DNA of 64,000 nt from Eledone cirrhosa. Taxonomy: Eukaryota. Each line of letters opens with the position of its first letter. Within the stretch, counting starts at the first letter, position 1. Under the pieces are notes generated by a model that searched no databases, was not told where the DNA came from, and was given only the letters and a program-made list of their open reading frames with translations. The stretch lies in the NCBI GenBank assembly GCA_964016885.1, contig OZ024741.1:235910001-235974000 (forward strand). The letters are read 5' to 3'. Positions 38,211 through 51,624 of this stretch are shown one piece after another. Both the position numbers and the translations under genes were made by a program.

Positions 38211-41200
38211 ATTTTTTTCATATGGCATAAGTAGAGAAACAAATGCAGCATCCATATCTTTTTTCAGGACCTGCCATACTGGTAAGAAGGTAGGAAAATA
38301 TCTTCAGACTGAAGACTTGGCCAAAATACTTGCAACAGAATGGACTCCACTAAAGGTATCCAAAGGCCAGGTTATGGTAATAAACTGAGCAATGGATTAA
38401 GCCTATCACCTAAAAACAGCAGTGATCCCTACAATGGGCTTCCACATAGTTTTTTACTACTAAATTTCACTGACAGGGCTGTGGTAAAAAGGCTCAAATT
38501 GTCTTGTAGTGGAATTGAATCTGAAATCCATAGCAATTATACTTTGTCCCCCACCCCACCAATGTGTGGCCTTGTTACTATGTTAGACATCAGTAATTTT
38601 GTTGATGTTGTTGATGGTTTAATCAGGAGAGTAAGCATTGTGCTAGATACCTTCTGGAATTGAAAGATTTTTTTACCTCCCTATCCTGCATTCAAATGAC
38701 ACCAAGTCTAATTTTACTTTTTGTCCCTCCCGGGAAACGAAAAAAATTAATGTTTAACTTTAAATGGAAATAAAAATATATAAAGAAAAATTATTATTCT
38801 GAGTTAATTATGAAATTTCATGTTTATATGAATCTAAGGGATATTTCAGGTTGTTGTTTTGGCTCCAAGTCAACCCTGATATATTGCTGTGATGACTGTG
38901 GTGTATTTTGGCTTCTAAAGTAGGATTTACTGAACATTATAATAATGTGTACCTTAACTTTTAACATCTTGTACTACATGAAACTGAATTTGCTAGACTT
39001 ACTTGAAAAGTATTATGTTATGTACTATGGATGCATCATATAAAAAATTAGTTTTACTGTTAATGTTCTCAACAATATGTTCACTATTAAAGATATAAAT
39101 ATTTGAATTACCCAACGTGTTTGTACATATTTTCTGTTAAATTATTAGTAAAAAAAATAGATGTCTAAGTCAGTTTATTGTGTGATTCGTTAGTGGTTAT
39201 TAGTGTTTAATCAGTACCTGCAATGACATTAGTGCCAGATTGTATCAGATTTTATCCTTTCCTTGAACAACATCAGTGGCATGTAAAGGGGGACACTTGC
39301 ATGCATTGACAACTGTTGGTCTTCCATTAAAAAAATGTTACCAAATCTCGTGCTTTAGAGAGGAATTTTCCATAATCTCCTGGATAGTGAACAGAACTAA
39401 GTTCAACAGCTCTTGTGGTGTATAACCCTGAGAAACTGTTCAGCTTCATTCAGCTGACTAATGGGCTAAAATCTAAATCCTGTCTATCAGCTGAGGCAAC
39501 TAATCAACACTTTATGGTGCGGTTTTGAAATTCTCATGAGTGGAGAAAATATTTACGAAGTTTGAATATTTTGATATTAAACATTTTTTAAGTGCAGGTT
39601 TTGTTTCACAAATCCACTATATATCAGAAGTATCTATTACTTTTAATTTAAAAGAAGCAGTGTAATCATTGCAAGGTTTGGACAAAAATCCCCAAGTGAA
39701 AATAAGACAACCCTCTCCCACATTTTTAGAAAATAAAAAAGCATGAGAAAATTCTAAATTAATATATAAAGAAATGGAGATATATTTTTTAGTTTAAGAT
39801 ATTATTTGAAAAAAAGGATTTACTTCAACCATTATGGAGATCATTAAAAACACTAGGGGGAGATCGAAATGAATAGGGATTAGTTGAAAAAGATCAACTA
39901 AGAGAACACTATAAAAGGATTCAAATTAGAAGGGGGAGGAAGTGAGAGAAAGGAGAAGCAAAGCAAGAGAGTGAAATAAATACAAGATTGAAAGAAAAAG
40001 TATAATTAAGTTAAACAGAAAAACAGTCAGTGTATATGAGTAGGAGATATTTATGTATTCAAAAGTTCACATAAAATTTTGTTTGGAATGTTCTCAAGGC
40101 AATGCATAAGTAAAATGCATGATGATACAGTAAAAGAAATGTAGAAAATAGTGTTTCATGTGAAATATCACTCCAGGTATTTTAGCTCCTTATTTACATT
40201 TAATTTGGAGTTGGTGAAAATCATCAAAATATTGATCTCGAATATGTTGCCCGCTCCCCATTTTACCATCAATTTTTTTGTCACATATTCCTTGGCTTAT
40301 ATTTGAGTATATATGGTAAGCAATGCCATACATCTCTTGTTAATATTTCCATTTCAGCCTAGTTATGTTGCTATGTATATCCATGTTTACATCTGCAACC
40401 AATAGGAAGATCTGTGTTATGATTTAAAATTATCAACTGAATATTAGGTAACTTTATTCATGGGAATGAAAATACATAAAATAATACAATAGAAAGAAAA
40501 AAATTAAATAACAAAAGTAAGGGTGAGGAAGTGGTGGATTCTACACTCCTGTCTAGGCAGTATGTATGTCACAGCTATACCCAGTGGACAAAATGAAGAC
40601 ACTGTGGACAAAGTGAAGGCATTGCCACAGAAGACAGCCAGCAACACTTGCTGCATCAGCCACTCTACCTCACAGGGCTTTCTACTCAGGCGGGATGCAC
40701 TTCTGGTTTTGGCAGAGGTAAACGGCAATTCGAGGACTAAGGACACCTGAAGCCTCAACAGTAACTGGCATGAAAAGGAAGTGGTCAGTCAGGCCCCAAA
40801 TTATACTGTAATTACCTTGAGTACCCATTAAAAAAATATAGTAATTATAGCAAACTACTGGTAAATTAATAAGAAATGATGATGTGATATACTAATAACC
40901 CAGTTATAATATAATCATAATAAATTTTGGCCTAGCTGTTCTGTTCACACAACCAACAAGTAGACAAAACAGAAATGAAAAATTTCCTAAGAAATACACG
41001 TCACCTGGATTCAGGAACAATGATGTATCTAGATAATGCAGGTGAATATTTAGTATAATTTCTGGTATTAGTAATAATGTTTCTACTTTTGGCACAAGGC
41101 CAGCATTACAGGGGCTTTATTTTATTGACCCCGTAAGGATGAAAGGCAATGATGTTGCCTTATGATTTCTCAGTGTTATGTAGTATATATGAGAACATAA

Positions 41201-41614
41201 TAGCATAGAAAAATTAATTTCCTCATCGTAACATTTATGTTCAGTATAACACTTTGATTCACAAATGTTGTTCTGTTGTCTATGAAGAGTAAAGGTCAAC
41301 TTTTCCATGGGATACATGGAAAAATTCAAAGATTTTGGCTAAAAAATAAGTGGTTAACTTTTATATGAGATCAAATTTTACATAACTATATATGGTAATG
41401 AGAATTTTCTTTATCTTTATTTTTAATCCAATAGTACTACATAACACACGCCAACAATATTACTCAACATTCTGCAACAATACTACATGACACACACTAA
41501 GATTACCTCACAACACACGCCAGCAGTACACAGCACACTCCACTAAGCAGTGGTGAGTATCTGAAGTGTAGTGTGGACATGCTGCACTCCTGTTCATGAA
41601 GATTATGAACAGGA

Positions 41615-41990
41615 AATGTGATAGTATGCACTCTTGGCAGAGTCCAACTTCCACATTGAATGGTTTCAATTCAACACCATATTCCTCCAGAACCTTCTAC
41701 AGCAGGTCCCATGAAATGTAGTTGTATGCCTTTTTGAGGTCTATGAAGCAACCATACAGCTCTTGGCAGTACTCCCATGATTTCTCAAAGACTTGCCTCA
41801 GTGTGAATATTTGGTCAGCTGCGCTGCGTTCATGGTGAAAACCTGATGTTCATCAGCTAGCTTGGACTTGACAATCTCCCTACATCTCTTGCCAGACACT
41901 TAGCATAGACATTACCGGGAAGGCTTAACAAGGGCTTCTTATTGTAAAGTTGGTGGATGGTCTGCCAGAACACTTTATTTGCTGATCTAT
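41615..41990 (-). mobile_element. Third RTE-clade family RT fragment
   Basis: Minus strand reads LLSLPGNVYAKCL, SAADQIFTLRQVFEKSWEY, CFIDLKKAY and VLEEYGV. Confidence 0.75.
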
Positions 41991-42444
41991 TATCCAGTCC
42001 AATATATATTCTTGGCAGTGATATAAGGGTTATTTTGGAGTCTGATTGTTGTAAAAGGTAAGCTTCTCACAATGAAAGACTACAAACATGTTTCAATCCC
42101 AGATAAAAACTAATATTTTTATTTATTTTCCAATCCATTCTACCTCCATCCCCATCACTTATAACTTTCTGGACTTGTGCCTATTGTAAAAAAAATTCAA
42201 TATTGTTTTTTTTTTCTCTTTTAATTAAATCAACGAGAACTGTTATGCTGTGATATCCATAACTTTCTTAGGAGAACTAGAAATATTAATTAAAGTATAG
42301 AATTGGGCTATATAAACTGGGGCACTACCTAGAGTTAGTCAATCATATCGTTCCCAATACTTATTTTTCAAGTTTGGTATTTATTTTATGGATATTTTTT
42401 TTTATCAAACTGCTAAACACAGAGACGGACACACACATTATATA

Positions 42445-43162
42445 TCATCATCATCATCATCACTGTTTAACATCTATTTTACCACACTAAGTTTGACGAG
42501 TTATCCCATTGTGGGACAAGCCAGATCAGATGACCATGTCTTGCTCATATAGAGCTGTTTCTGGCTTGATTTCTACAGTTGGATGCCCTTTTTAATGCCA
42601 ATCACATTTACAGTGTGGACTGTATGCTTTTTGTCATGATAATCTACAATCAACTGGTCCCTCCCCTCAAAGTTTTTGCTGTGTCATCCTCATCATCATT
42701 AGTTTGCTTCTGCTTCTCCATACTTGCATGGATTGGATGAGTCCGCTCCAGAACAGCCTCCCTCTACTCATAGCCTCCTTTTGTCATATATATATATATA
42801 TTTGAAAGTAAGGTTTTTTTAATATATTCCACATCAGTAAAAATTTAAGAAAAAGAAGTTGAAAATGCAATTGGAGTCTTTAATAAGGTTTCATCACCAT
42901 CATCATCACCATTTTACATCCATTCTTCCACACTAGCAAAGGTTAGACAGGTTGTCTTGATGTGGGCAATGCCAGGTCAGGTGACCATGTCATGCTCATA
43001 CAGAACTGATTTGGGCTTGATTTCTACAGCTGGATGCCCTTCCTAATGCCAACCTCATTTACAGTGAGTTCTGGGTGCTTTTTACCGTGGTGCCTACACA
43101 ACCACTTTACTGTGTGGTCTGGGTGGTTTTTTTTGTCGTGACACCTACACGACCACTTTACC
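42445..43162 (-). mobile_element. Stack of RTE-tail elements
   Basis: (ATC)n-started blocks homologous to 308-580 at about 42445 and 42895, plus a shorter tail at about 42685. Confidence 0.75.
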
Positions 43163-43894
43163 GGTTTTACAAGTTTCATGATTTTCAAAAGTTAACAGAG
43201 ATAGAGAAATGTGTGGCTATGCTGACTTGTAATTCATATCTAACTGATATCGGGAATTTCTTTCAGTTTTATGCAAAAAATGTGACTGAGATTGATCTAT
43301 ATTTGAAGTACAATTTGATAGATTGAGGAAGATCACGTGATTAGATTTTTTTGTAATTTCACAACAAAAATCAGGAGTTTCTTTGTTCTTTCAGGTTTTT
43401 GCAGAAAAGTATCTCAAGTTTAAAGTATAATTTGAAAGGCTGAGGATCATTACATAATAGGCACTGAGTTTGGTGGTATGCCAAAAAAACTGGAGTGTCT
43501 TGGTTTAGAGAATATGGACAGTAGCAATTCATGCCTGTTGTATTTAATTTTAATTGTCAATGGCAGTTAGTATTGTTCTTGTGGCCATCCCCAAAATTCA
43601 AAAGTACAGGTATTTTGTTTATATATATGTGTGTGTGTGTAGCTAGTTATTTTTGTTTCCTGCTATATTCAAATAAAAATAACAATAATAATAATTGTTT
43701 CTACTTTAGGCACAACTCCAGCAATTTTGGGGGAGAGGAATGGCAATTAAATTTACCCCAGTGCATTACTGGTGTTTTATTTTATTGACCCTGTAAACAT
43801 GACAGGCAAAGCTAACCTCAAACAGCACTATCATAATGACAACTATAATAATAATGAACCAATCAGCAAAGTAAATGAAAATTGTATGTGACTG

Positions 43895-43928
<34 letters not shown>

Positions 43929-43944
43929 TTGGGTTGTTATGGTT

Positions 43945-44095
43945 CAGTAAGTAGCTGGGTGCACAAATATATTTTCTGACACCTGAGCCACTACTAACAC
44001 TGACAAGAACTTCACTGTCAGCAGCCCAGCTCCCCCAAACGTCTCCAATGCTACAGGCTGGAAAAAGTAGTTATTTGATAGTTCCTGTATTTTAG
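43945..44095 (-). mobile_element. CRE-clade retrotransposon endonuclease C-terminal fragment
   Basis: SKIQELSNNYFFQPVALETFGGAGLLTVKFLS is homologous to 55685-55790. Confidence 0.75.
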
Positions 44096-44604
44096 AATTA
44101 TATATATACATGTGTGTTTTTGTGTGTGTCAATATATATATTTACTTTTAACATATTTGCCTTACACCGTTGCTATGTCTTCAGTTCTTCTGAGACACAG
44201 CATATCTCACATTATATAGAGGGATCAAATTGTCGACCCCAACTTCAAAAGGTCAAATGTTTAAGCATTTTTGATTTCTTTTTTTTCTGGAAAAAAAAGC
44301 ACCAAATTTTTCTGTTTTTCTTATTTTTGTGAGTTTTTTTAATTTTATATTAAAAAATTTTTTTTTTTTTTTTGCAAAATAAAACTAAAAAAAAAGTTAA
44401 CGAAAATAAAATTTCAAATATTTTGTCAAGTTTACTTTAGAATTCTGACTGTAAAAGTTAATACTTTAAACATCCAAACACACACATAACCCATGCAAGC
44501 ATGGAAAAGTGGACGTAAAAAAGATGATGATATATATATATATACTTCATTTTTGAATTTGTTTTACAAGGTTTCTTATCTGAAAACGTGTGTTGAAACA
44601 GATA

Positions 44605-44762
44605 TTGTTATACTTTGGGAGGGTCATGCTGCCAATAAAAACACACGCACCTGTTGGTTTTCACTTCAATTTATTATAAATTTCCAGTTGAACCACAAAT
44701 TTATAATAAATTGAAGTGAAAACCACTTTTATTGGCAGCATGACCCTCCCAAAATATAACAA
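44605..44762. mobile_element. Short, internally deleted copy of the foldback element
   Basis: TA|TTGTTATACTTTGGGAGGGTCATGCTGCCAATAAAA...TTTTATTGGCAGCATGACCCTCCCAAAATATAACAA|TA. Confidence 0.8.
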
Positions 44763-45039
44763 TATATATATATATAAACAATATATTTATATGTAATAAA
44801 CACACTTATAGTTTCGGTATGTATTTTAACCTGTAATCTTACTACAGTTACCTCAGCCTTTGTGTAAGATCGTCTATATTTCAGAATATATAAATTCTTT
44901 ATCAGTAGTTGTTTACTTACTATGAGATACTGAGGTAAAAGAATCATAAAGGCTATTCACCTGCATAATCAGTTAATCGAGCTGTATAAGAAGGTACAAA
45001 TGGCCAGCATAGCACCATCATTATAAAGACAAATGTGAT

Positions 45040-45300
45040 GCACTAATAAGAGACAATAAATTGTTGGACCCAGTTAAGAAGGTCACAGAAAGAGTGATAG
45101 CACAATTTATTAGAAACAGAATTAATCAACTTTGTGCAGAGGAGAAGTACTACTGATATGATCTTTGTGAGACAACTGCAGGAAGTGTAAGACTTAGCCT
45201 TTGACAGAGTTCCACATTTGGTGATCAACAAGGAAGCTAGTGAGAGATAGACGAATGGTTTGTGAAAGATGTACAAGCCATGTATATGAAAGGTGACAGT
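45040..45300 (+). mobile_element. RTE RT N-terminal remnant
   Basis: Reads IKLLDPVKKVTERVIAQ, STTDMIFVRQLQE and AFDRVP. Confidence 0.7.
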
Positions 45301-45509
45301 TAGAAATGAATCATTATCATTTAACATTTGTTTTCCTTGCTAGCAAGGTTTGGATGGGTTGTCAGTATTCAAATAAAGCTGCTGAATTCTCAGGTCGTCT
45401 GGATGTCTGCATCTTGCTTACAAACTTTCCCACACTCTATAGAGTGGTCTGACAGAATGTGGACTCATGTCTCACTTACATATGCTTTACTGAATGGATT
45501 TTATTATGA

Positions 45510-45695
45510 TACTGTGAATTGGCAGTATCGGTGGAGGGTAGGATATGCTTTCCAGCATAGTTACGTCCCTTTACGATCTGAGTTCAATTCCCGCCGAGGT
45601 TTACTTTGCCTTTCATCCTTACGGGGTCGATAAAATAAAGTACCAGTAATGTACTGGGATAATTGCTGGCCTTGTGCCAAAAGTAGAAACAATTA
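45510..45695 (+). mobile_element. SINE family 1, young full-length copy
   Basis: A-box-like TGGCAGTATCGG, B box GAGTTCAATTCC, core and tail intact. Confidence 0.85.
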
Positions 45696-46625
45696 TGATA
45701 CTAGCACTAGGACACTTGTTATGTCTTTGACCCCTGTTTGGTAGGGGTTTTTTTTATGGCTGGATGCCCATTTATCATGAAGGTAGGAGTCCATTAGGGC
45801 TGAATATGATGTGAAAAATATTCAATCAACTTAGACTATCCTTGCAATTTTTCAGATTTTGAGAAACTAGCAAAAAATAGAGCTCCTATAATTTGAGTTG
45901 ATCTAAAGTTTCCGGAACATTGATTGACCATGAAGTGGGAGTGGACTTTGTCCTTATGCAAACTAGCTGAAAGCAATGGACATGTTCTAATATCATTAGA
46001 TCTCAGTGAAGTATATTAGTTATATTAAAATGGTCAAATAGATACATAGGAAAGGAGAAAGGAATTATATGCTGATTATGTGTATCAACAAAAGGTACAG
46101 ATGTCACATTAAAGTAGCATGGGTATCTTCGACTAAAACCTGGCATAATCACTTATCTACTAAAAATAGCAGCCAGTTCTCTCTCAAAGTATACCCCGCT
46201 GCTCCTTCCCCCAGAAAAATTAATTTAAAAAAAATCATATCTGTAAATCCTGCTTCAAAGTTTATCTAGCAGAGATACAACAGCATAATTTGAATATATG
46301 CTGTCTTCATTAAGAACAGAATTAAGTTGCTATCAACATCATTCTTTCCTACTTTGTAAAGCCTCTAACCAAATATCATTATGCCTTTCACTGCTTCTTA
46401 CTATTTACCACATTGTAATAAGATGCATTTTTCTGCCAAAAGCTTTTGATGTAAAAATCTGCCACAGCCTATACACTAAATAAAAATCCTAAATACAATA
46501 ACTTTATTCCTCAAACATTTTTATTTGAAATAATGGTGTGTCTTTTAAATTAATGTGTCATATTTATCCTGAAAACTATAGTAAGTCTTAGGCATGTAAT
46601 TGCTTTGATATTTTATCCCATTACC

Positions 46626-46804
46626 GTTCTTTGCTTTGTTGACATTTTTCACCAGGACTCCAATGGAAGTTGTGGAAGTAACCAAAGCATACAGAAGTTC
46701 CAGTGGACAATAGGTCATTGTCGATACTAGTGTGAGGATCTCACTGAAGAAAGGAGAGTTACCAGCAATGATACCATACACTATAGAGCCCATCATTACA
46801 CATC
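46626..46804 (-). other. Possible internal coding exon of an unidentified gene
   Basis: Open frame CVMMGSIVYGIIAGNSPFFSEILTLVSTMTYCPLELLYALVTSTTSIGVLVKNVNKAKN between ttatag and G|GTAATG; no homology recognised. Confidence 0.25.
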
Positions 46805-46859
46805 TATAATATAATTTTCTCATAGATATCACAACTAATCATAATCATGCAAACATAAT

Positions 46860-47095
46860 TAGGCCCATGTAAAGCTGGTAATAGATTCAGACCAGATGTA
46901 AAATGCACCCTCTGCCAGCTGGTAATCAGCCCATGCCAAATGTAAAATGAATTTTTCCACCCCCAATCTGGCTCAGGCCAGATGAAAAATGTAATTTCCT
47001 CACCTCAAACTGATAATAGGCCCTGGCCAGATGTAAAATATATCCTCTCACCCCACCCTAAGTCGGTAATAAGCCCATACCAAATGTGAAAAGTA
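46860..47095. repeat. Degenerate ~45-55-bp tandem repeat, about 5 units
   Basis: Recurring ctggtaat...cca(g/a)atgtaaaat motif. Confidence 0.6.
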
Positions 47096-48804
47096 GGCTC
47101 CATTTCAAACTGCTCATCAAGTATTTTAGTAATCAGTACTAAATACATATGATTTATGTAGTGGTTACAGACATATATATGTACATGAAGTATACTTATG
47201 TATTTAACAAGTTACAGACTAGAATAAAAGAACTAGGATTTGAGGGGAATGGGCATCTTGAAATTGTAAGCCTATGTCAACTGGCACACGTGACACCTTT
47301 CTGCTCTGAACAGGACAGTTGTTGTCATGACACAACTTTCAACTTATGTGGATATGGCCGAATGGTTAAGAAGTTCATTTCACAATCTTGATTCCACACT
47401 GGCATCTTTTACCATAGCTTCGAGTTGAGTGAAATTGGGTAGATTGAAACTGTTTGGAATCCTGTCAGATCGACTGTTCCAGGCTTGTCATACAATGTGT
47501 TATGTTGAATCATCCTGAGAATTATGTTATGGGTAAACATATCTGTAGAATGCTCAACCATTTACATTTTAATTTTATCAGCAAGCAGTTCTGTTGATTG
47601 AAACATCCATTGTTGAAACGAACAGAGATCCATTCTAATTTATACTTAATTTCCTCAGAGATCACCAAATCAATGTGGTAACAATGAGATCGACAATAGT
47701 ATATCATTAAGTCAGCTACTTTTTATATTCCCAAATAGTCAACTCTCACCCTAACATCATGGCATTAACCCTTTCAGTTGCCTCTTAAAACACACAAGGA
47801 TACCGTATACCTATTCTAAATTGGATATACACAGCAAATAACCAAAGAGAGGGGAGAAAAAGAGGGGGAGGAGATTAATTATTAAAATATTTAAGAGTAT
47901 CAAAAAGGAAACAAAAACGAAAAACAACAAAGAGATATAAAAGAAACGATGATAGAATTAGAAATATTAAGAGCTCAGTATTGCTTTGTATTTTGTGTAA
48001 AAAAAACAAACATGAAAAACTCAGAATATGATATGTCAATTCGGCATTTAAAAGTACCCCATTGTTTACTATTCTATCGATGTGTAACAAAACTTTGAAC
48101 AGAACGAAAAGTGACATCATAACCAGAGTGAGAAGGGAGACAATTCTTTCATGAAACACACACATTTGTACTGAATATATACGTATTTATTTACCGGATG
48201 AAAATATACACGCAAATAATATATACAATACTTAATTACATAAATATTTCACATAAAAATATAGAATCAAAACGAAAGAAAATATTAATTCAACACTAAT
48301 GTATATGCATGTATATATGTGTGTGTGTAAGTATGTGTATATGTATGCATGTGTATATGTGACAATTACTCTCACAAAGCCTGGGTTGACCGGAAATATA
48401 TTAAAAGTCACTTGCCCAAGATGTAACAAAGTAAATTTAAATTCAGAACCTCATGATTGCAAAGCAAAATCCTTCACTACTTAGCCATGTATGTGTCTTA
48501 TATATATGATTAATATAAATATAAAATTTAAAAAATTATTTTATATATTAATATTCAATGATGTAATGAAGTTTTTGATACAATCCGAAATTGATATCAT
48601 CCATCATATCATCATATCAATCATATCATATCATCCTCAGTAAAGTACTGAGGATGATATGATTGATTGCATGCTTTGTCCTAAGTTTAGATTAGAAATC
48701 GATTTGGTTCGAATACAAAACTAGAGAATGTTCAGGTAAGACCCACAATGGAATACTACTCCCACATCTGAGACAGTACTGCTATGTCACACAACATCCT
48801 AGAC

Positions 48805-49760
48805 CAGGGGTCGGCAACGTTTTACGGTGTGCGGACCACATTGCTATGCAGTGTCTCGTCGGCGGGCCATGATATCAAATTATCATAAACTAGCTGAGGT
48901 ACCCGGTAATACCCTGGAGCGGAGGTATTCCCAGTTCCCATTAAAATACTCAATGCCTCTCAGACTAAAAATGAAATCAAAATATAGGACAGATAATCAA
49001 AAGCGAAGACAAATTGATTTATGAAACAATAATACAAACAAATATTGTTGATTGCATTGGTCAGGCGAGAACATGTTTGTCAGAGAAGTTGAGTGTTGCT
49101 ATAAGGAATAAAATAGAACCCCCATTAGGGTGTCTTAATATTATTGAAATTTGCTGAAATTTTGTGAATAGGCATCATATCTTGTCATTTACCTATGGTT
49201 TAGATTTCATATAAATCGAAGGGAAAACATTTTCAGTGGGGGTTTGAGCCCTTGGGGAACCCTTTGATTAAAATGAAATTTACGTAAGAAATCAAATGGG
49301 CATGAGCCCCACACACGTGTAAAGTTTCATTAAGATTGGTTTGGTAGTTTTTGAGTTTTAGGTTCAGAAACAAACAGGCAGAAATTGCCATAGATTTATG
49401 TATATAGATTTGCTCAGCCTCAGATTGCTCTGTCCAGAAGGCTACCTTAAACTCGAGATTTAAAGAAGAACAATGAATTTTATGTGATATTACTTTAATG
49501 ACATTCCTTCCTATAAATAAAATACAGGAATAAATGGTATTTTGTTTAATGAGAGACTATCTGTCTGATTTTGATTGTTTGTTACTGTCACACGAAAAAT
49601 TACGTTCAGCTAAGTGAGTCATGTGGCTAGACGTGTTCTCTAGTCAGTATTCTAATCCAAAATAATTTAGAGCACTTTTTCAGGGATCACTGAGCCTAAG
49701 ATTGAAACCTGTAGTGGGCCAAACAAAAATCCTTTGTGGGCAAGGGTTTGCGGACCCCTT
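48805..49760. mobile_element. hAT (Charlie-type) non-autonomous element containing a nested Helitron
   Basis: TIRs CAGGGGTCGGCAAC and GTTTGCGGACCCCTT; 8-bp TSD TCCTAGAC/TTCTAGAC. Confidence 0.85.
48890..49408 (-). mobile_element. Non-autonomous Helitron nested in the hAT element
   Basis: Minus strand A|TCTATATACATAAA...CCAGGGTATTACCGGGTACCTCAGCTAG|T; the 5' part resembles the 24601 Helitron (ctaaaactc...aacc...ctttacac). Confidence 0.82.
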
Positions 49761-50584
49761 TTCTAGACCACATCCAAAGAAATGCCAGTCAGATAACTAG
49801 TATAAATTTACTAACAGACATGCTCCAACTATTGGCCTACAGATATGGTTTCTCTGCTCTGTGCTTTTTCTACTGATACTACAATGACTCCTGCTCCTTG
49901 GCAATAGTTGGTTTCATGCCACCTCCAATCAGGCACTTACAAATCACTAATCTGCCCATTTCTTATCACACAAGATGTGTTCATAATACTGACCCCTATG
50001 CTCAGACCTTCCTGTACAGCATGATGGACTTCTAGAACTCACTCCATGTTTATGTCTTGCCTACAAAAGTCAACTTGCAACAGTTTACTGTGAGAACAGT
50101 GACAGCATCAATTCACTGGCCTCAAAGGGTCAGCATTGGATATGGCCACTGCCCTTTCCTCTAGACCTAATAAGTTAAAAAAGAAAAAGGAAAGTAATGA
50201 GGACAATCCTATAGCAATTCTGCACTTACAAAAAGAACCATGACTTTCATAATAATAATTTCTAAATTAGGCACAAGGCCAGCAATTTGTGGAGAAGGGA
50301 AAGTCAATTACATCGATTCCAATATGTGACTGGAACTTTATTTTATCAACCCTGGAAAGATGAAAGGCAAAGTTGTCTGCAGTAGCATTCAAACCTGGAA
50401 CAAATACTGCTAAGCATTTGTTTGATGCTCTACTGATACAGGCAGAATAAGTGTTTCTACTTTTGGCACAAGGCCAGCAATTTAAAAGGGTGGCCATAAT
50501 TGGACCTTGAAACCTAAGGTTGCGTATTATATGTTCTATGTTTGAACATAAATAACTCCTGTATCAGCTCTCTTACACTAGATT

Positions 50585-51330
50585 TGACATATATAATGAT
50601 CATGGGCTCTCTTATCGCTCATTGAAATAAATGAAGTTAAAAATCCAAGACCTCAGAGCGGTTGTACACTGTCAGTATCATTGGAAACCACACATCTAAT
50701 ATTTTGCTGAGAACAATATAATTAAGCTAAAAAAAAAAAGAGACAATAAGTATTATACTTACATAGACATTAAGTTTTTATAAGGCCAACATGGTACCAT
50801 TTCATTTAGCCAAAATCATCAACATTTACTGTTGATTAACATCAGCAAATGGCGAAGCCAAGAAATGGCATTCATCAGTAGGCATCTTGTAATTCCCCCA
50901 AAATATTAGTTGCCAAAGAACTGGAGGCCAACCATTGCTCAGGCCATATGTAGAATAAAAATAAAACTACTACTTTCAATAGGATGTGGTAAATGGAAAC
51001 GCTAGAAATAGCTCACACAGTAACACACAAAACACTGCTTGACCAAGCTAAGAGCATAAATAGCAAAAGAGATTGATACATATGTAATGATCACGAAGTT
51101 CTATGATTGCTCATTGAGAGAATTAAAGCTAAAAAACAAAGACCTCAGAGTGGTTGCATACTGCCAATATGGAATCCCCATATCTAACATATTTTACAAA
51201 GAACATTATAATTTGGCAAAAAAAAACAGAATAAGTATTAAACTTACATAGTCAATAAAATTTTATAAGGCCTATATGGTACTATTTCATGCAACAAAAA
51301 TCATCAAGATTTACCGTTCATTAACAACAT
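50585..51330. repeat. Diverged ~260-bp direct repeat pair
   Basis: 50585-50845 and 51075-51330 share aagacctcagag, aataagtatta.acttacatag, ttttataaggcc and aaaatcatcaa.atttac. Confidence 0.75.
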
Positions 51331-51624
51331 ATCATCATCATCACCATTTTTCCATACTGGCATGGGTTAGATGAATTTTCCTGTTGTGAGCAATGCTAGG
51401 TCAGGTGACCATGTCATGCTCATACAGAACCAATTTTGGCTTGATTTCTACAGCTGGATGCCCTTCCTAGCGCAAACCTCATTTACAATGAGTACTGGGT
51501 GCTTTTTGTCGAGATACCTATACGACCACACTACAGTGTGGACTGGGTGCTTTTTGCCGTGACACATACACAACCATTTTACAGTGTGGGCTGAGCACAT
51601 GTTGTACATGACCACTTTACATTG

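Noticed and set aside
41117-41329. Possible minus-strand exon (QQNNICESKCYTEHKCYDEE) and a nearby 9-bp hairpin
   Set aside because: There is no canonical donor, it runs into a SINE fragment, and I recognise no homology.
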